Source of the DNA: Dicyema japonicum
Lineage: Eukaryota; Animalia; Dicyemida
NCBI GenBank assembly: GCA_011109175.1
Contig: RDEW01000081.1
Location: forward strand, 7,152 to 71,151
DNA length: 64,000 nucleotides
Direction of reading: 5' to 3'
Each line of letters opens with the position of its first letter. Within the stretch, counting starts at the first letter, position 1. The notes beneath the pieces were generated by a model that saw only the letters and a program-made list of their open reading frames with translations, ran no database searches and was not told where the DNA came from. Shown piece after piece: positions 47,953-61,337 of this stretch. A program made the translations under genes and the position numbers.

Positions 47953-50840
47953 CTAATTATAGCCCGCATGTGCAGCAAAAGAAACAAGGTTAGATGTCAT
48001 CCTTTTCCATGCTCCCCTGTTCCTAGCCAAGGCTCTCATGCTGTCCAGGTCGTCGGCATTTGTTAGGTTTTTTTTTATACTGACCAGGTCTTTTTGTAAG
48101 ACTATTGGCAGTGTTGTTCTTGGTCTTCCCCGATAGCGGCCTTCTTCACTAACATAGTATGTTTCCATAGATATGTTCGGTGGGGAAGTTAATTCCATCC
48201 TCAGCACGTGTCCGAAGAGCCTCCATCGGGATTCCAGTACTTCTAAGCTGATAGGTCTAGTGCTGCATCTCTTATATAAAGCATTCCTAGATATTCTCGT
48301 AGGCCAAGTAGTTCCTGTTATTTTTCTCAGCTGACCTCTGTGGAACGAGTCTAGTTTTTCATATCCGCTGATGAGGTCGCCCAAGTTCCAGCGTTATATA
48401 AAAGTACGGGTTTTATGAATGAGTCGTATAGTAGGATTCTCATTTTCGTGTCGATGCCTTTTTGATTGAGCCATAAATTCTTCAGTTTATATAACGCAGC
48501 ATTGGCTAGAGTTTTCCTACGTAAAATATCTTCGCTATCTCCCATAAGTGAACCGAGTTTCTTTACTTGTCGCCACTTCTCTTCTAGGACGTTACTCATC
48601 CTTCTTATCTCTGTGAGTTCTGTTTTTCTCTGTTCACAGTAAGAAACCATTTCCCTAGTACATCTGGTGCTTTTTCTAATAGGTTTTCCAGGACCTCTTT
48701 GTCTTCAGAAATTAGGTCTACATCGTCCGCGTAGATTACTTCTTCCGTCTTTCCTTGGTATGACGGTCTAAGTTCCCTCATAGCGGCTTCCAAATAAATT
48801 GTGAATAGTAGAGGAGAAAGAGAGTCTCCTTGTGGAGTGCCCGTATTTGTTTCAAATTTTCTTGAATAGGTTTTTCCGACTCTCACAAGGAGCTCAGTGT
48901 TAGAAAGTAGAATTCGGATCATCCTTAGACTCGATTCATCAAGAAATCCGCCAGTACCCCCATTAATTTGTTCCTGTTAACCGTATCAAAAGCTCTTGAT
49001 AGGTCAATTCCCAAAATATTGGTGGCGTTACGGTATCTTTGATATGTTGCACACCTCCATCTGTGACTCCAGACCGCATCAGCTGTGGATCTCCCTTCTC
49101 GAAAACCACTTTGACTATCTGGTAGGTATTTGTAAGCAGGTCCTTTTATTCGTTCAAGCACAATGTTTGCCAAGACTTTGCGTAATGAATTTAGTAGTAT
49201 GATGGGTCGCAAATTTTCGAGCGGTCCTCTGTTTTTGTTAGTTTTTTGTATGGGGATTAGTAGTCCCGTACCCAGAGGTAGAGTTGAGTTAGTTGAAAAC
49301 ATTTCATTTAGTAGTGTAGCGATTTTTTCAAAAAGGAGGTCAGGGCCGTATTTCAGTAGTTCTGGGTTTATCGCATCTGGTCCGGGGCTTCTGTTATTCT
49401 TGAGTTTTCGGCAGGCCGTTTTGATTTCCTCGGCCGTGATTGGTATCTTAAGGGGTCTTGGCCTTCCATCAAATGGGTGGATTTCTATGGTTTTGATGTT
49501 GAAAAGCTTCTCAAAGTGAGCCGCGATGGCTTCAGTTTGTTCTTTGGTGTTCAGTATCAGCTTACCGTTCTCGTCTTTTATGGTTAGTCGACTTCGGTTT
49601 GTTCGCCGCAGCAAACGGGCAGCGACGTACACCTGTGCGTTGTCTTTCACTTTGTTTACTTCTTCTATACAGGAGGCTATTTCTTCTATGAAAAGCTTCT
49701 TGTTCAGACCCTTTATTTTTCTTCTGACACGTTGTCTTTCGCCTTGAAGGGCTTTTATCGCATTAGTGTCAGTGGCATTTGATTTTCTCATATTTATTTC
49801 TTTTAGACTTTTCGCAAGCTCAGGAACATCTGGATGAATAGCCTTCAGGTGCATTTTACTATTCTCCCTTTTGCCAAGACATGCTTCAGCAGCTTCGTTG
49901 ATGGTGTCCTTTGTGCGTTTCCAGGCGTCTTCTAGCGTGGTATCCACCAATACGTCCTGCAAATTAGTCTGAATGTATTGTTGATATCTCTCAGTAGTCT
50001 CCGGTTGAGAAATCAGCCTTTCAGTCGCGTAGTCGCCTCTGATTTTTCAAATTCGTGATTTTTTGCATTCTGTATTTAATGGCATGTTTTTTCAGGGTGA
50101 AGGTCGCAATAACCATCTTGTGGTCGCTGACAGTCGTCGAGCCTTCATATGAACGTGCGTTTACTAGAAGGTGTTTGTCTTTAGCCCGGCATATGACATA
50201 ATCGATTTGGTTGTATATTGGGACCAGCTTTCCTTCTGAGTTCCTTCGCTTCCCCATCCACGTAGTTTTGTGGCAGGCAGGATGCGTAAATGCAGTATTG
50301 CATAGGAAAAGGTTGTTTGCCATACAAAAGTGACCAAGTATTGTCCCGGGTAAATTTCTTATTCCACGTCCATGTTCTCCCAAGAAAACATCATCCGGGT
50401 TATTCTTCATCCCGACTTTTGCATTCAAATCCCAGCAATGAGTATTAGTGATGACGACTCATATTCGTTGTACGTCCGTAACAGTGTTGAATAGAAGTCG
50501 TCTAGTTCTGTCGGATCTTTCGCTACTCTCCCGCAGTGTGGCGCATAAACATTTACAATTGTCAGAAAGCTCTTCGAAGGAGGTAAGTCGTTTAGCCGGA
50601 TTTGTATAACACAGATCCTGTCATTCACACTCCATATACGGTGGACTGCACTTGTCAGCTTTGAGTGGATGGCAAATCCAAGTCCATAATGTCTTGAGTC
50701 GCTCGGCTGACATATAATTCGATATTCGCCAAAGTTTTCATCAAGGCTACAAGTGACTTTCGTCTCTTGTAGACACCCAATAGAACGTCGTATCTCTCCA
50801 GGTCATCACAGAGAATCTTCCTCGACCAGGTCGTAGATAA
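47953..50840 (-). mobile_element. Near-complete RTE-clade LINE ORF (EN+RT) broken by several frameshifts
   Basis: CLQETK, IVNVYAPH, NQIDYVI, SDHKMV, SPGPDAI, NLRPIILLN, IDLSRAFDTV, GTPQGDSLSPLLF, IYADD and WRLFGHVLRM..RGRPRTT. Confidence 0.93.
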
Positions 50841-50844
50841 GCCT

Positions 50845-51938
50845 ATCCAGAGAATAGGTAATTACCTATCCAGAGAATAGGTAATAAGTTTTTGTAAAGC
50901 TACCAACTCTTCCTTCGGAATCAGCTTCATTGGGTTGATTCTTTGGATACGGTCTAGTGCTTCTTAAAGATATCTGGGGCATTTTCTGTAGAATATGACC
51001 CACCTTCTGGCTTGTTCAAAAAGATTTTCATTTTTTCCCTCTTCTGGGCAGTTATTCTTTTTGTAAATCTTCCAGTACGAAGAGTCTTTGGTCTTTAGTT
51101 TGCTTGCCTCGACCTTCTAATATCGTTCTAGAGCCAGTCTTGTTCCCTCTTCAATGGCTTTTTGATTATCTTTAGTTGATCAGTCAATGTAATCCGGTCG
51201 ATCCAGTCAACACATCTTCTGGTTTGGTCTTAGTCGGTTTCTCTCTTCGGAATAAGGTCCGTCCTTCCAGTTTTTGAGGTTCCTAGATATGTATCTTCTG
51301 TAGTGATTTCAATTTATCGTTGAAATGTCATATCCTTGTGAACACTCACTCAGTAGTGTCCGGAGCCAGGTTCAGTGTCATCACTTGCGGAATGTGGTCG
51401 CTTCCGATGTCCCACATGGTCTTCTGCCTCTCCACATAAGTGTAGAGCGGTGTGAGACAAGGAACACGCCAAGCATAACTCCACCATGGTGAGAGAAGTG
51501 ATTTGGCTCCTCCGACGTCATGATTTCAAAGCCAGTTTTATCACCCAAGCCAGTTTTATCGGAAATCTATTCGGAAGAAAGCTCATCTGTGGCTTATCTT
51601 CATACATCCGTACTGGTCATAAAGGTATAGAATGTCGCGATCCTTATCGCACTGGTAGAGGAATCGACTGTGATCAATAGAGACGAGTTGTCTGTGGAAT
51701 TAGCCTTCATGGGTTCGTTTGCTTGTTTGGCCAATTCTGTTGAGTCGAGTTTCATAGGTTCACCTCAAATCTCAAATAGCTCATTCTCGGACTGAATCGA
51801 CTCTGTAGTTCCTTTTAACAAAAATTTAAAAATCGTATCTCAACCTTAACAAAATTCATCTTGAAAGATTCCAATACAAACCAGGGATCACTAGCAAGCT
51901 TTTCTGATAAGGATTTTGGCTTATTTCCTAAGCAAATT
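50845..51938 (-). mobile_element. Internally deleted LINE family A fragment (paralog of 25920-26600 and 28750-29130)
   Basis: Near-identical to copy 1, but about 2.1 kb including the hAT insertion site is missing at about 51550. Confidence 0.85.
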
Positions 51939-53073
51939 CAAGATGTATACTGGGATCTTGATTTGCGGACTGAGAGGTATTCCTTCCGAACGTCAGGGTA
52001 ACAAGGATCTCCAATTTCAAATGTTTTCCGATTTATTTCTTTTTGACTTGGCAATTCAATGCGACAAAAAAGACTTGATTCTGTTTTTATACTCCAAAAA
52101 TCGATGCTTACAGACAGCCACCTGAAGATCTGAAAAATCGTTTAATCAGTTGATTGGATATAAAATTTCGACTCACTTTCGACTCCCCTATGACCTTCAG
52201 GCAATACGGGACCGTGTTACTCTCTCGCCAAAGAAAAATCAATTCTTTAAAGCCCACCTTGGACACTACAGAAGGTCTTTTTTTGACGTTAGATCCCTGA
52301 GGGAGCTAGGATCCACCTTAAAATTCGAGAAATGGTATTTTTCCTCGAAGAAGATAGAATAAAATCTTTATTGAAAAAATCAAGAGTAGCGGCCAGTGAG
52401 TAGAGGTAGGTAAGAAGTTATGCACTGAGCTAGACAAGGAAGAAGATAAACCGCTTAAACTGATTAATGCGTGGTGGAGGAGAGGATCAATGATTTCATT
52501 GTGAGACACTTCTATCACTACTTTGCCTCATGGTGGATGAAATCCCTTGTTTTCCTTCATGTGAACATGGACGAGGTGAAAGACTCACATGTCATATACT
52601 CGAAGTTGAGAATAAGAGAGTTTAGGATTCTCTAATGTCCGGGTTCCAATCTCGGCAAGCTTAAGGGGTATGTAGGATGATATTTAATATGATCCTATGT
52701 TTACAACAATTTGAGAAGTTATTTATGATGCCTTGACTCTCTTCCTAAGATTACTTGGCCATTCTGTTCTTTTTCCTTTTAGAATCATTTTAACCACGTG
52801 GTGTCATATGGCTAATCGATGTAAGATTTATCTTCCTTTTAGCGGCGTCACTGCATCCACCTTACAAAGGAGTATCATGGTAATGAAAGGCATGCATAGT
52901 AAAAAAACTCGAGAAACTAGCATAGTAAAGGATAGAGTAAACACTCACAGAGCAGTCGAATATCACGGAATTGTTAATTTAGGGAAGGAATATTTGAAAT
53001 TTTATAGAATTTTGAGTGCTGGAGGACTGCGGTAGCTGCGATAAATGAACCGTAATCAAAAAGAAGATAAAAG
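51939..53073 (+). mobile_element. 1.1-kb segment absent from copy 1, possibly a heavily decayed RT fragment
   Basis: The flanks ...ctaagcaaatt | tagaaaaaagcacg are contiguous at about 29130. A weak G*QGSPIS motif is present; no TSD. Confidence 0.3.
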
Positions 53074-56000
53074 TAGAAAAAAGCACGTAATGAGGTTAGT
53101 TTTGAGTCGACTTATAGGGTTTCCCGACCATTAACACCACTTTCCAGATCAATAGCGTAGCTTTCCGAACCATTACCGTCATTTTTCCCATTAATAGTGT
53201 AACTTTCAAGTCAATAAGGGTAAAACTCATTTAAGGTCGGATTTTCAGTATCCTAAAGACCAAGAAGAGCTATTTCAGGATCTTCTACTTATATTACTGT
53301 AATTTAAATAAAAGTTTGTTTTTACTTAAAAAAATTTTTTACACTTAAAAAATTTAGTCAGGAAACCCAATATCTGCTGAAGTTATGCTATACACTAGAA
53401 AGTGGCAAATAGAATATTTAAACAAATTAGGCTACAGGAATCGTAAAACTTAAATTAATCAAGAATTAGTTTGATTGTTAACTACAATAATCGTAAAACT
53501 TAAATTAATCAAGAATTTATTTGATTGTTGATTAACCAGCCTAAAAAAGAAAAATTACAAAAGTCAATTATAAAGATAGAGCATTAAATGAATAAATCAA
53601 TTAGTCGGAAACTTTTGATCGATTCACTACCATCTTCCTATTCATTCTTTTATAATAAGGAGTATTCAGATCGACCCTCAGAAAATTAAATTTGAAATCA
53701 TCTTTAGTAAAATTAAAGGCATAAATTTTTACTAATGTTCGGGTTGCTCCGATACTTCAATAGTATTTTCCCTTAAACGGACTAACACATACAAAAAATA
53801 AAAGGATGAGTGAGGGGTTTGATTGTATAAAAACACAGCTTTTCGAATATGCTTTATCGGAAACTATCATTTTTGATAAACTTTCTGTGATCGTCTGATT
53901 GAAACAATCTTCTGACTTGTTGAGTCTTCCATGGAATTGAATAATTCTGAAATCTTCACACAATTTCTGATATGACCGTTCTTATTTTCTATTCCGTTGT
54001 CGCATTAGAGACTTTGACATAGGACATCTATTTTCACGGAAAAACGAATTTTTTTAATTTTTGTCTAAAACATGGTGACGTTGTATTGAGCAAAAATAGG
54101 AAACCTTTACATCGGTCGTTTCTTAGATTTCCCAGAAAATCATTCGTGAAGTTAATTGTCCTCGTACAAGCCGTTACTACCCTATCACATGGATTGAAAA
54201 GATTAAGGTGTCGAAGGTAACTCGAAGATCTTTTGGGTTTTTTACGGGGAAGTTTTCTCATCTAGCTTGACGTCAATTAATAATTTCTCTTGTCTTCTGT
54301 ATGACGTAAAAAGGATCAAACTGACTTCTCTGGGCTAGCTCTCAATTGATTTCAATAAAGCCACAAACTCAGATTGTTCAGACTGTCCTGTGATCTTCGC
54401 GTCAATAATACTCACATCCAACGACTATATAACCCGCGTAAGATAGTAATATGCCGTTGTAATCTTGTGGAATTGGTAGATCATTCCCAATAAGATTGAA
54501 TAAGAGGGGAGGTTGTGGGGAACCTTTAGTAAAGCAATTTAGTGAAAGTCTCAATGCAGACATCGATTACCCTGGTGTACTCAGGAAATTCACCAACTAT
54601 AACTTCAGGAAAAAATTGTGGGATGATCTCACACCAATCAAAGTAAATACCTTCTGGATTTGAATTGACAATCGACTTTTATTCCAATTCTCTTGTTTAG
54701 ACCGAATCTTATAAATTCCTTTAATGTATTTAGGTCCATCGCTTATCTTTGAAACAATGCTAAAACCTGGCATCTGGGAAACAAGTGCAGATGAGTGCCT
54801 TTAGGATTCTTGACTGGACAAACTCTAACACAATGCTTCATGAATTTGTTCAGATCCATCTGGTAATCAAGGTCTCCCAGTATTCTTACTGTCAGCGTTT
54901 ATAATGTTCCGTAATTTCTTTCACATCTTGTAAAGTTATCTAGTTCATGGCAATGGATATGCGACTCAGTTTCTTTCCTTGTAAACGTTTTTCACTTTCG
55001 GAGATCTAGTATTAATGTTAATTTGTATCTACTATAGGGACTACCATATATTGGTTTTGGAATCTACATGTGCAGTAACTAAGTACTGGTCTTTATTCAC
55101 GAATTGAAATCCTCTATAGCTACTACCACATCATTATTTTTAAGTTTCGTCTTCAGAATTGATCCTTAATGTATCACTTAAAGTTAAGTTATTATTATAC
55201 AATCTTTGAACAGTTTACGGATAACTAACTTCATAACTATTCAAATAAATGTGTTTTATTTTCTTTTAAAATTTGTAATGATAATTAAAAAATCACTATT
55301 ATTTTTCATAATGCTTCATTTAAAAAAATAAAGTTATTAAAATGTCGCGTAGTCAATTGGTCACATGTTTACCAGCGGTCTGTTTTATATTCCTAAAAGA
55401 TCCAGTTTTACTACGCAGTCATTTTTTCTTATTTTACAATTTTGTTAATAATTTACCTTTTAAATGCAAAAATTTAATTTTTTTAGTTTTCGTCTTCAGA
55501 ATTGATCCTCAATGTATCACTTTAAGTCAAAGCCGAGGATCCGAAAAGAAGGAAGTATAGAAGCATCTCTGAATAATTAATGTGAACATTGATCTATAGA
55601 TCTAGAAAAATGTTATAAGATAAAAGAATATTCGAAATTTTATTTATAAAATAAATTAAAAATTAGATGAGATAAATAAATATTAGAAATTTCATTACAG
55701 TGGCTTTGATGGAGGTTCGTTCCTTTATTGAGCCATAAAACTTCTGTAGAGTTTTGGTATATGTGGGTTGGAAGTCACCAGTTTCAAAATTAGTTCCACG
55801 TGTGGTGTATCTGGATGATCAGATCTTAGCACTTCTTAAAAAAATAGTCAAATGTCGGGAATTTTATTTAATATTCCAGGAAATACCGGAAAGATGTTAA
55901 GAGTTAATTGACGGCTAATTAAGGTAAATCCACTTCTCACGATCCTTTTTAATCATCAAGCCTATCCATATCCGTAGTTATGGGTACCCCTAAAATCGAA

Positions 56001-56364
56001 AGGTGAAGAGAGTGATTTTTTGGTGTTTTTTAGACTAATGGATCACGTGACGGCTCTTAGGATTCAAAGTAGGCACATAGCAGTGAGTGGTCCTAAATCG
56101 TACCCACAGCTAACTCTAGATTGTATTACATGATCTATATTAACAGATGGAAATAAGGTCGCGAATTGTTTAGAAAAGGGAGAATTTCTGGAGTGTTGAA
56201 ACAGAGAAAGGGGATGAAGGCAACTCCGAGTATTATTGGTGTTTGATCACATAAAAAACTGATTGAGTTGGGGTAAGATAAGAATTTTTTTCAAATTTTA
56301 AGGTTAAAAATGTTTGCCCAAATCATTCATATAACAAACCAACAGAATCACAAATCAAAGAAAA

Positions 56365-58720
56365 TTAAACTAAGTCCCTTCGTTGTTCCTCAGTCACTGC
56401 TTCTTTTTTCTCACTAGCCTTGACATTGCTCTCCACTTGACAGTACAGCTTTTCCATCCTATTCCTCAGTCCATTAAAATCAATCCTCATTCTCTGGATG
56501 TCATACCTATCATTTTCACTGGTAAACTAAAAGTGACACAACCCATACTCCGGTGAAATTCTCGGATTCCACAATTTTGTCCTCAAATTCGTTTATTTTA
56601 CTAACGAACTCCTTCACAGCCACCGATTGCTCATCAAAGTTCTTCATTTCCAAAATTAGTTTTGCACACTTTGAACTCTCTTCCAACCACGAGTCAATTT
56701 TACTGCACAAATCGTTGAAACTCTCAGCAGCGACACAATTCTACAATAATAATAAGTTAAATAACCTTCTCCTGTTCACTCAATTCCCGCAAAAGCTTAG
56801 CCCTTCTATCATGATAAGCCTCAATCATCATTTCTTTAGTCTCCTCTAACTGTTGAAGACTCGAACATGTGTAAACATTCTCTTCCACGCAAGGAAGTTC
56901 ATTCTTTTTACAGATGCATTGAATCCGCTTGACAATACCCCTGATATTCTTAAGTTTTATATCTGCTTTCTCCACATTCTTTTCAAACGAGTCCAGATAG
57001 TCCAACCACTTATTAATAATATTGACTGATGACACCAACAAGTCATCCCGCATGTCTTCGATCCAAAAGTCCATCCATTTCTTTAAAATCTCCAAATATA
57101 TATTCATCATACAGTCACATCCACGGCATAGTCAAACAACAGTGTATCAATTTGCTCCAAAACTAGCATTCGATGTTTAATCTGCTTATACAATTTGGTG
57201 TTAAAATCCACAAACTCACTAAAAATGTTCTTAATCTCTTCAAGACGATGATCAACGAGACATATCAAAGAATATCCATTATCACGCAAGTCTTTAGCAA
57301 AATCATCAAAACTCCTAATTATTTGGTCATCCATTGCGTTCATAACAATCCTAATTTCGTTAATCGTAGCCTTGATCACTCAATATGAGTACCTTCAAGT
57401 TAGACAATCCACGTGAGTTTATTTTTATCTTCATATTCGCCATCCACGCTTCATAACTGTCACATTTGCGATGGAAATTCATAGCCAGACTTTCAATCAA
57501 CTTAAGTCTACAACTTATCAAACACGTGACCTGGTACTTTCGGAATTTAACCATTCCTTGTAACTTTGAGACAAATCCACCAAACTAGACCAGTCCTCGA
57601 TAATATTATTTAGTTGTTCCTCTTCAAACTCACTCCTAGCTCTCAAAATGTTGGAGATGTTCTCCAATTCAACTTTCTGAGAATACTTTGATGGCATCTC
57701 TTGCATGGAAAACCATCGGTATTTCTCTAGCTCTTCCCTCACCTCATCAGAACTCCCAAATTCTGGTCGATTGGACAGCCAGTCTTTCTTGACATTGATC
57801 CACGAGATCATCTCGGGATATCCTCAAGCAGTGGCAAGGAAATCTCACTCTCGCTTACTCCTCGTAGCAAAGAGTATGCATTCTGTTCTGTCTTGATTGT
57901 CTACCAGTAACACAACTCTACACTAATTCATCATGTATAAATTTTTGATAAAGCGAAGAGACATATGTCATAACAGAACGCTCATCTGCACGCCCAGCCA
58001 TATCTAAGATGATAAACCTAGTTACCCTCGGGGTCAAGCATACAGGGTATATCGAGATGCTCCTCTGCTACTTGGAATGCTCGCTTTAGATTCTCTTCCG
58101 ATGTTTCAGGCTTGGGTAAATACGATTAATGCCTGAAATCCGTCAAATTCTATTAGATCTGGTCTGTGTCTATGGATTATTGCCGCAAAGGCTAGTCCGT
58201 CCTTAAAACTAGTATGGAAGTTATTGACGTTCACTCCTTCATACCCATCAGTCTTTCGTTGACACCACAAAAGCAGCCCTTCCATGGCAAATTTATCTGT
58301 TGATTTAAAAATCCAGCCCTACTTTCCATCGTGATGTCCTGTATTGCGAACCGTAAAATTATAGCCCAGATCACCATCAGTATAACTTTGACATTTCCGT
58401 CGAGTATGTCTGAAAAAAATCAGTACATGAGAAGAGTTTCACTCCCTTGTTGATCATGAATTTAAGAGCCTGATTGAGGTTCATTATTTGATGAAGCCTG
58501 AGGATTTTGGTTTCAACCAGAGGAATTTTCTCGTTGGAAATTACTTCAAGCAGACGAATTAGTAAAATTCCATTGGAGAAATCAGTGTCAAAGTTAACTA
58601 TTTGGCAGTTGATTTTCCGGAGGTGGGAATTACACCAAGCTGTAAACACCTTCATTTATAATTTAATTTTACTTTTTTTTGATGTTTCTCGCTTGAATGA
58701 TAGAGAATATGATCGCACAT
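56365..58720 (-). pseudogene. actn: Alpha-actinin-like gene copy 2, disabled by different lesions
   Basis: Codon 11 is intact (GAG), but a 20-nt deletion near 58428 removes the intron-2 donor and a 1-nt deletion occurs near 57815. Confidence 0.9.
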
Positions 58721-58926
58721 CTTCACAAACTTAAGTTAGTTACGTAAAATTTTATTAAAAATGTTGGTTAGCCAATTTATAAATATTTTTTACTTAAAAT
58801 TTAGAACTTCTTTTTTATCTAAAAATTTATGCTTTTCTACCTATAAATGATTTTAAATTTATTGGCCACGTGGTGCAACAGTGGGCCCAAAAAGTCATGG
58901 CACCACTTAATAAATTTTAATATTTT

Positions 58927-60169
58927 TTTTTTTTTTTTTTTGAGGAAAGTTTTATTTTATAAGGAAAAAGGAATAGTTAATTTTAATTCAGCTGTTGGGA
59001 GATGCACAAGCTATTCCCACGGACAACAGCCAACGAGAGCCTCTCCTTGAGCCATCTCGTCTCACGAAGATCACCAGTTTTGTCAGTTAGTAGTTTTCCC
59101 AAATGGTTCAGGAACTTCAGCGTTTTAGGGCCAAAGTTCCCCGAAGTTTCAATCGCGACAGGTGCGAAAATGTACCTGTCGCTGATATCCGAATATTAGC
59201 ATTTTTACTTCCTCTGCTTGAGAAGAAGGTCTGCCCGGTGAATTATTTTTTTTGCTTGGGGCGAAAGAGCAGACACAGGTCACATCCCATACAAGGTTTC
59301 GCCCTCGCTCAAAGGAAAGGAGGTCATGCCGTCAGGGCGTCTTCCGTTGTCAAATAGACCAGTCGGTTCGATCCGGCAACGGAATCCAGCCGATTCTAAT
59401 GCCCTCTTAATGATGCCGTTCATTGCCGAATGTCGAGAAGATCTGCCAATTCCGCTCCGGCATGAGAGGAGGTGGAGACCCAGTTCGTCCGATAGACAGC
59501 CACATTTGCACTTCGATTTGGTGCAAACAGGCAATCCGAGGTGTAGACATACAGCTGTACGAAGTGAGTCATCATCCAACAATCCACCAACTTCTTGACA
59601 TGGGTAAACCCCAAGCCAAGATCCATCAACCGCCTCCCTCGAATTTTGGAAACAGTCCAGGCGATGTCCAGAGAGCCGGCTGACTAGGTTGGATGCCAGA
59701 GCATTCCATCTATGGATCATCCAAGACGATTGTTGGTCTGGATTACGCGGCTCGCTAAGCCCTTCACTTCCGCCACACGTCCATGTATTCAACCAAGTCA
59801 TTGGACAGTTTCCGAGATGGAAGCTTTGAAAGAATTGAGTCCACTTGGTTTTTGCATGAAAGTTTTGAGGCAAAATACGCCGGGCCAGCAATTTGGCAGG
59901 GAGTAGTAAGACCGATTCCACCCAATGATATCGGTAATTGAGTCTGTATCCATCCAGGGGTATCAAGAGAAACGTTAAGTACGAATTCAGTACATCTTTT
60001 GAGGCAATCAGAGTATTCCATTAAAAGGGAATCACACTTATAACATGGTGCAGTCCTCAGTAATAGTTTAATCTTGGAATGGACAAGCAGTTTCTCAATA
60101 GGAAGAGGGCAATATGGTTGTCAACATGCCGCAAACGGGTCTCAAAAGTACGAGCTCTATTGTCCTTTC
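58927..60169 (-). mobile_element. 5'-truncated CRE-like non-LTR retrotransposon with a poly(A) tail and a ~100-bp flanking duplication
   Basis: HIALFLLRNCLSIPRL, QTQLPISLGGIG, GSWLGVYP, CKCG..HLLSC, RHSAMN, EPTGLFDNGRRPDG and RLSLAVVRGN* motifs; T19 at 58923-58941; direct repeats at 58827-58926 and 60170-60270. Confidence 0.88.
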
Positions 60170-60222
60170 TTATGCTTTTTCTACCTATAAATGATTTTCA
60201 ATTTATTGGCCATGTGGTGCAA

Positions 60223-60920
60223 CAGTGGGCCCAAAAAGTCATGGCACCACTTAATAAATTTTAATATTTTACTTTTAATTACTTTTTTTACAAAATTAAA
60301 AAGTATTAAGATATTGAAAATAATTTTAAATTTTTAAATTTTAATATTTGGTTAAGAAAAAACAATTTTTTTATATTTTTAGTGTTATTTAATGGTCAAA
60401 AAGTGTTGGCACGGTGTTTCATTAATTTTTTGTTGCATGACCTATTGCAACAATTACTGCCTCTAATCTTCTTTTGTATGTTTCTATTAATTTACTCACG
60501 GCAGAATACTATTAACTACATTATATTTTTTGGTCTTCGGATTCCTATCTATATTTTCAACGTTTTCCATAAATTTTCAATTGGGTTTAAGTCGGCCATT
60601 TCAGAACATTTAGTTGTAATTTTAGTTTTATGTTTCGGATCGTTATTATGTTGAAAACGTCCAATTATTTTTTAACTTTAATATATTGGTGGATGAAATT
60701 TAACAATTTTTCAAAATTTCGACGTACTTTTTGGTATTCAATATTTCATCTATGAAAAATAGTTTACCCACTCCTTGAGATGAAAAACACGCCCATAACA
60801 TTATGCTGCCTCCTCCGTGCTTAACTGTAGGTATGGTACATTTTTTGTCATATTCTTGATTTTTTTCCTCCAAATATATCAAAAAGTTCAACTTTGGTTT
60901 CATCTGATCATAATATATTC
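60223..60920 (-). mobile_element. Tc1-like element end (paralog of 34998-35700)
   Basis: Same terminus; ORF 60700-60903 contains PTVKHGGGSIMLWACFS. Confidence 0.85.
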
Positions 60921-61337
60921 ATTAATATTTTGTTTATTCGCTGGATATTTTTTTAATCGTTGAATATTTGGTTAGGAATCTAAGTGTTCTTGAAGAGATC
61001 TAAAGAAACTTCACAATGTCATTGAAGATACAAAAATCTCTAAGTAGTAGTCAAATGGTTGAGAAAATGATGTATCTCTAATGCATACGTATGTCTGCCT
61101 AGGTTTGTGATAGAAAAAGTTTTTGTCTTCTTTCTTTTCGTAGCATAAACAATGTGACAGACTTAGGGGTATCAATAACCAGAATTTATTACCAAATGAA
61201 ATAGAGGATGAACGAAGATCAAAGCTGCGGCATTATTATTAGGACGAAAGAAGATCAAAGTTTTCCTAAACTTGATAAATTATTTTAAATAGCGGGTGCC
61301 CAAGTAAAACGTAGTAAGACAATACTAGTGGATTCAG

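Larger units (their letters stand above)
50860..61337. repeat. Copy 2 of the ~10-kb direct duplicated block
   Basis: Collinear with 25920-36115; ends at a gap. Confidence 0.9.
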
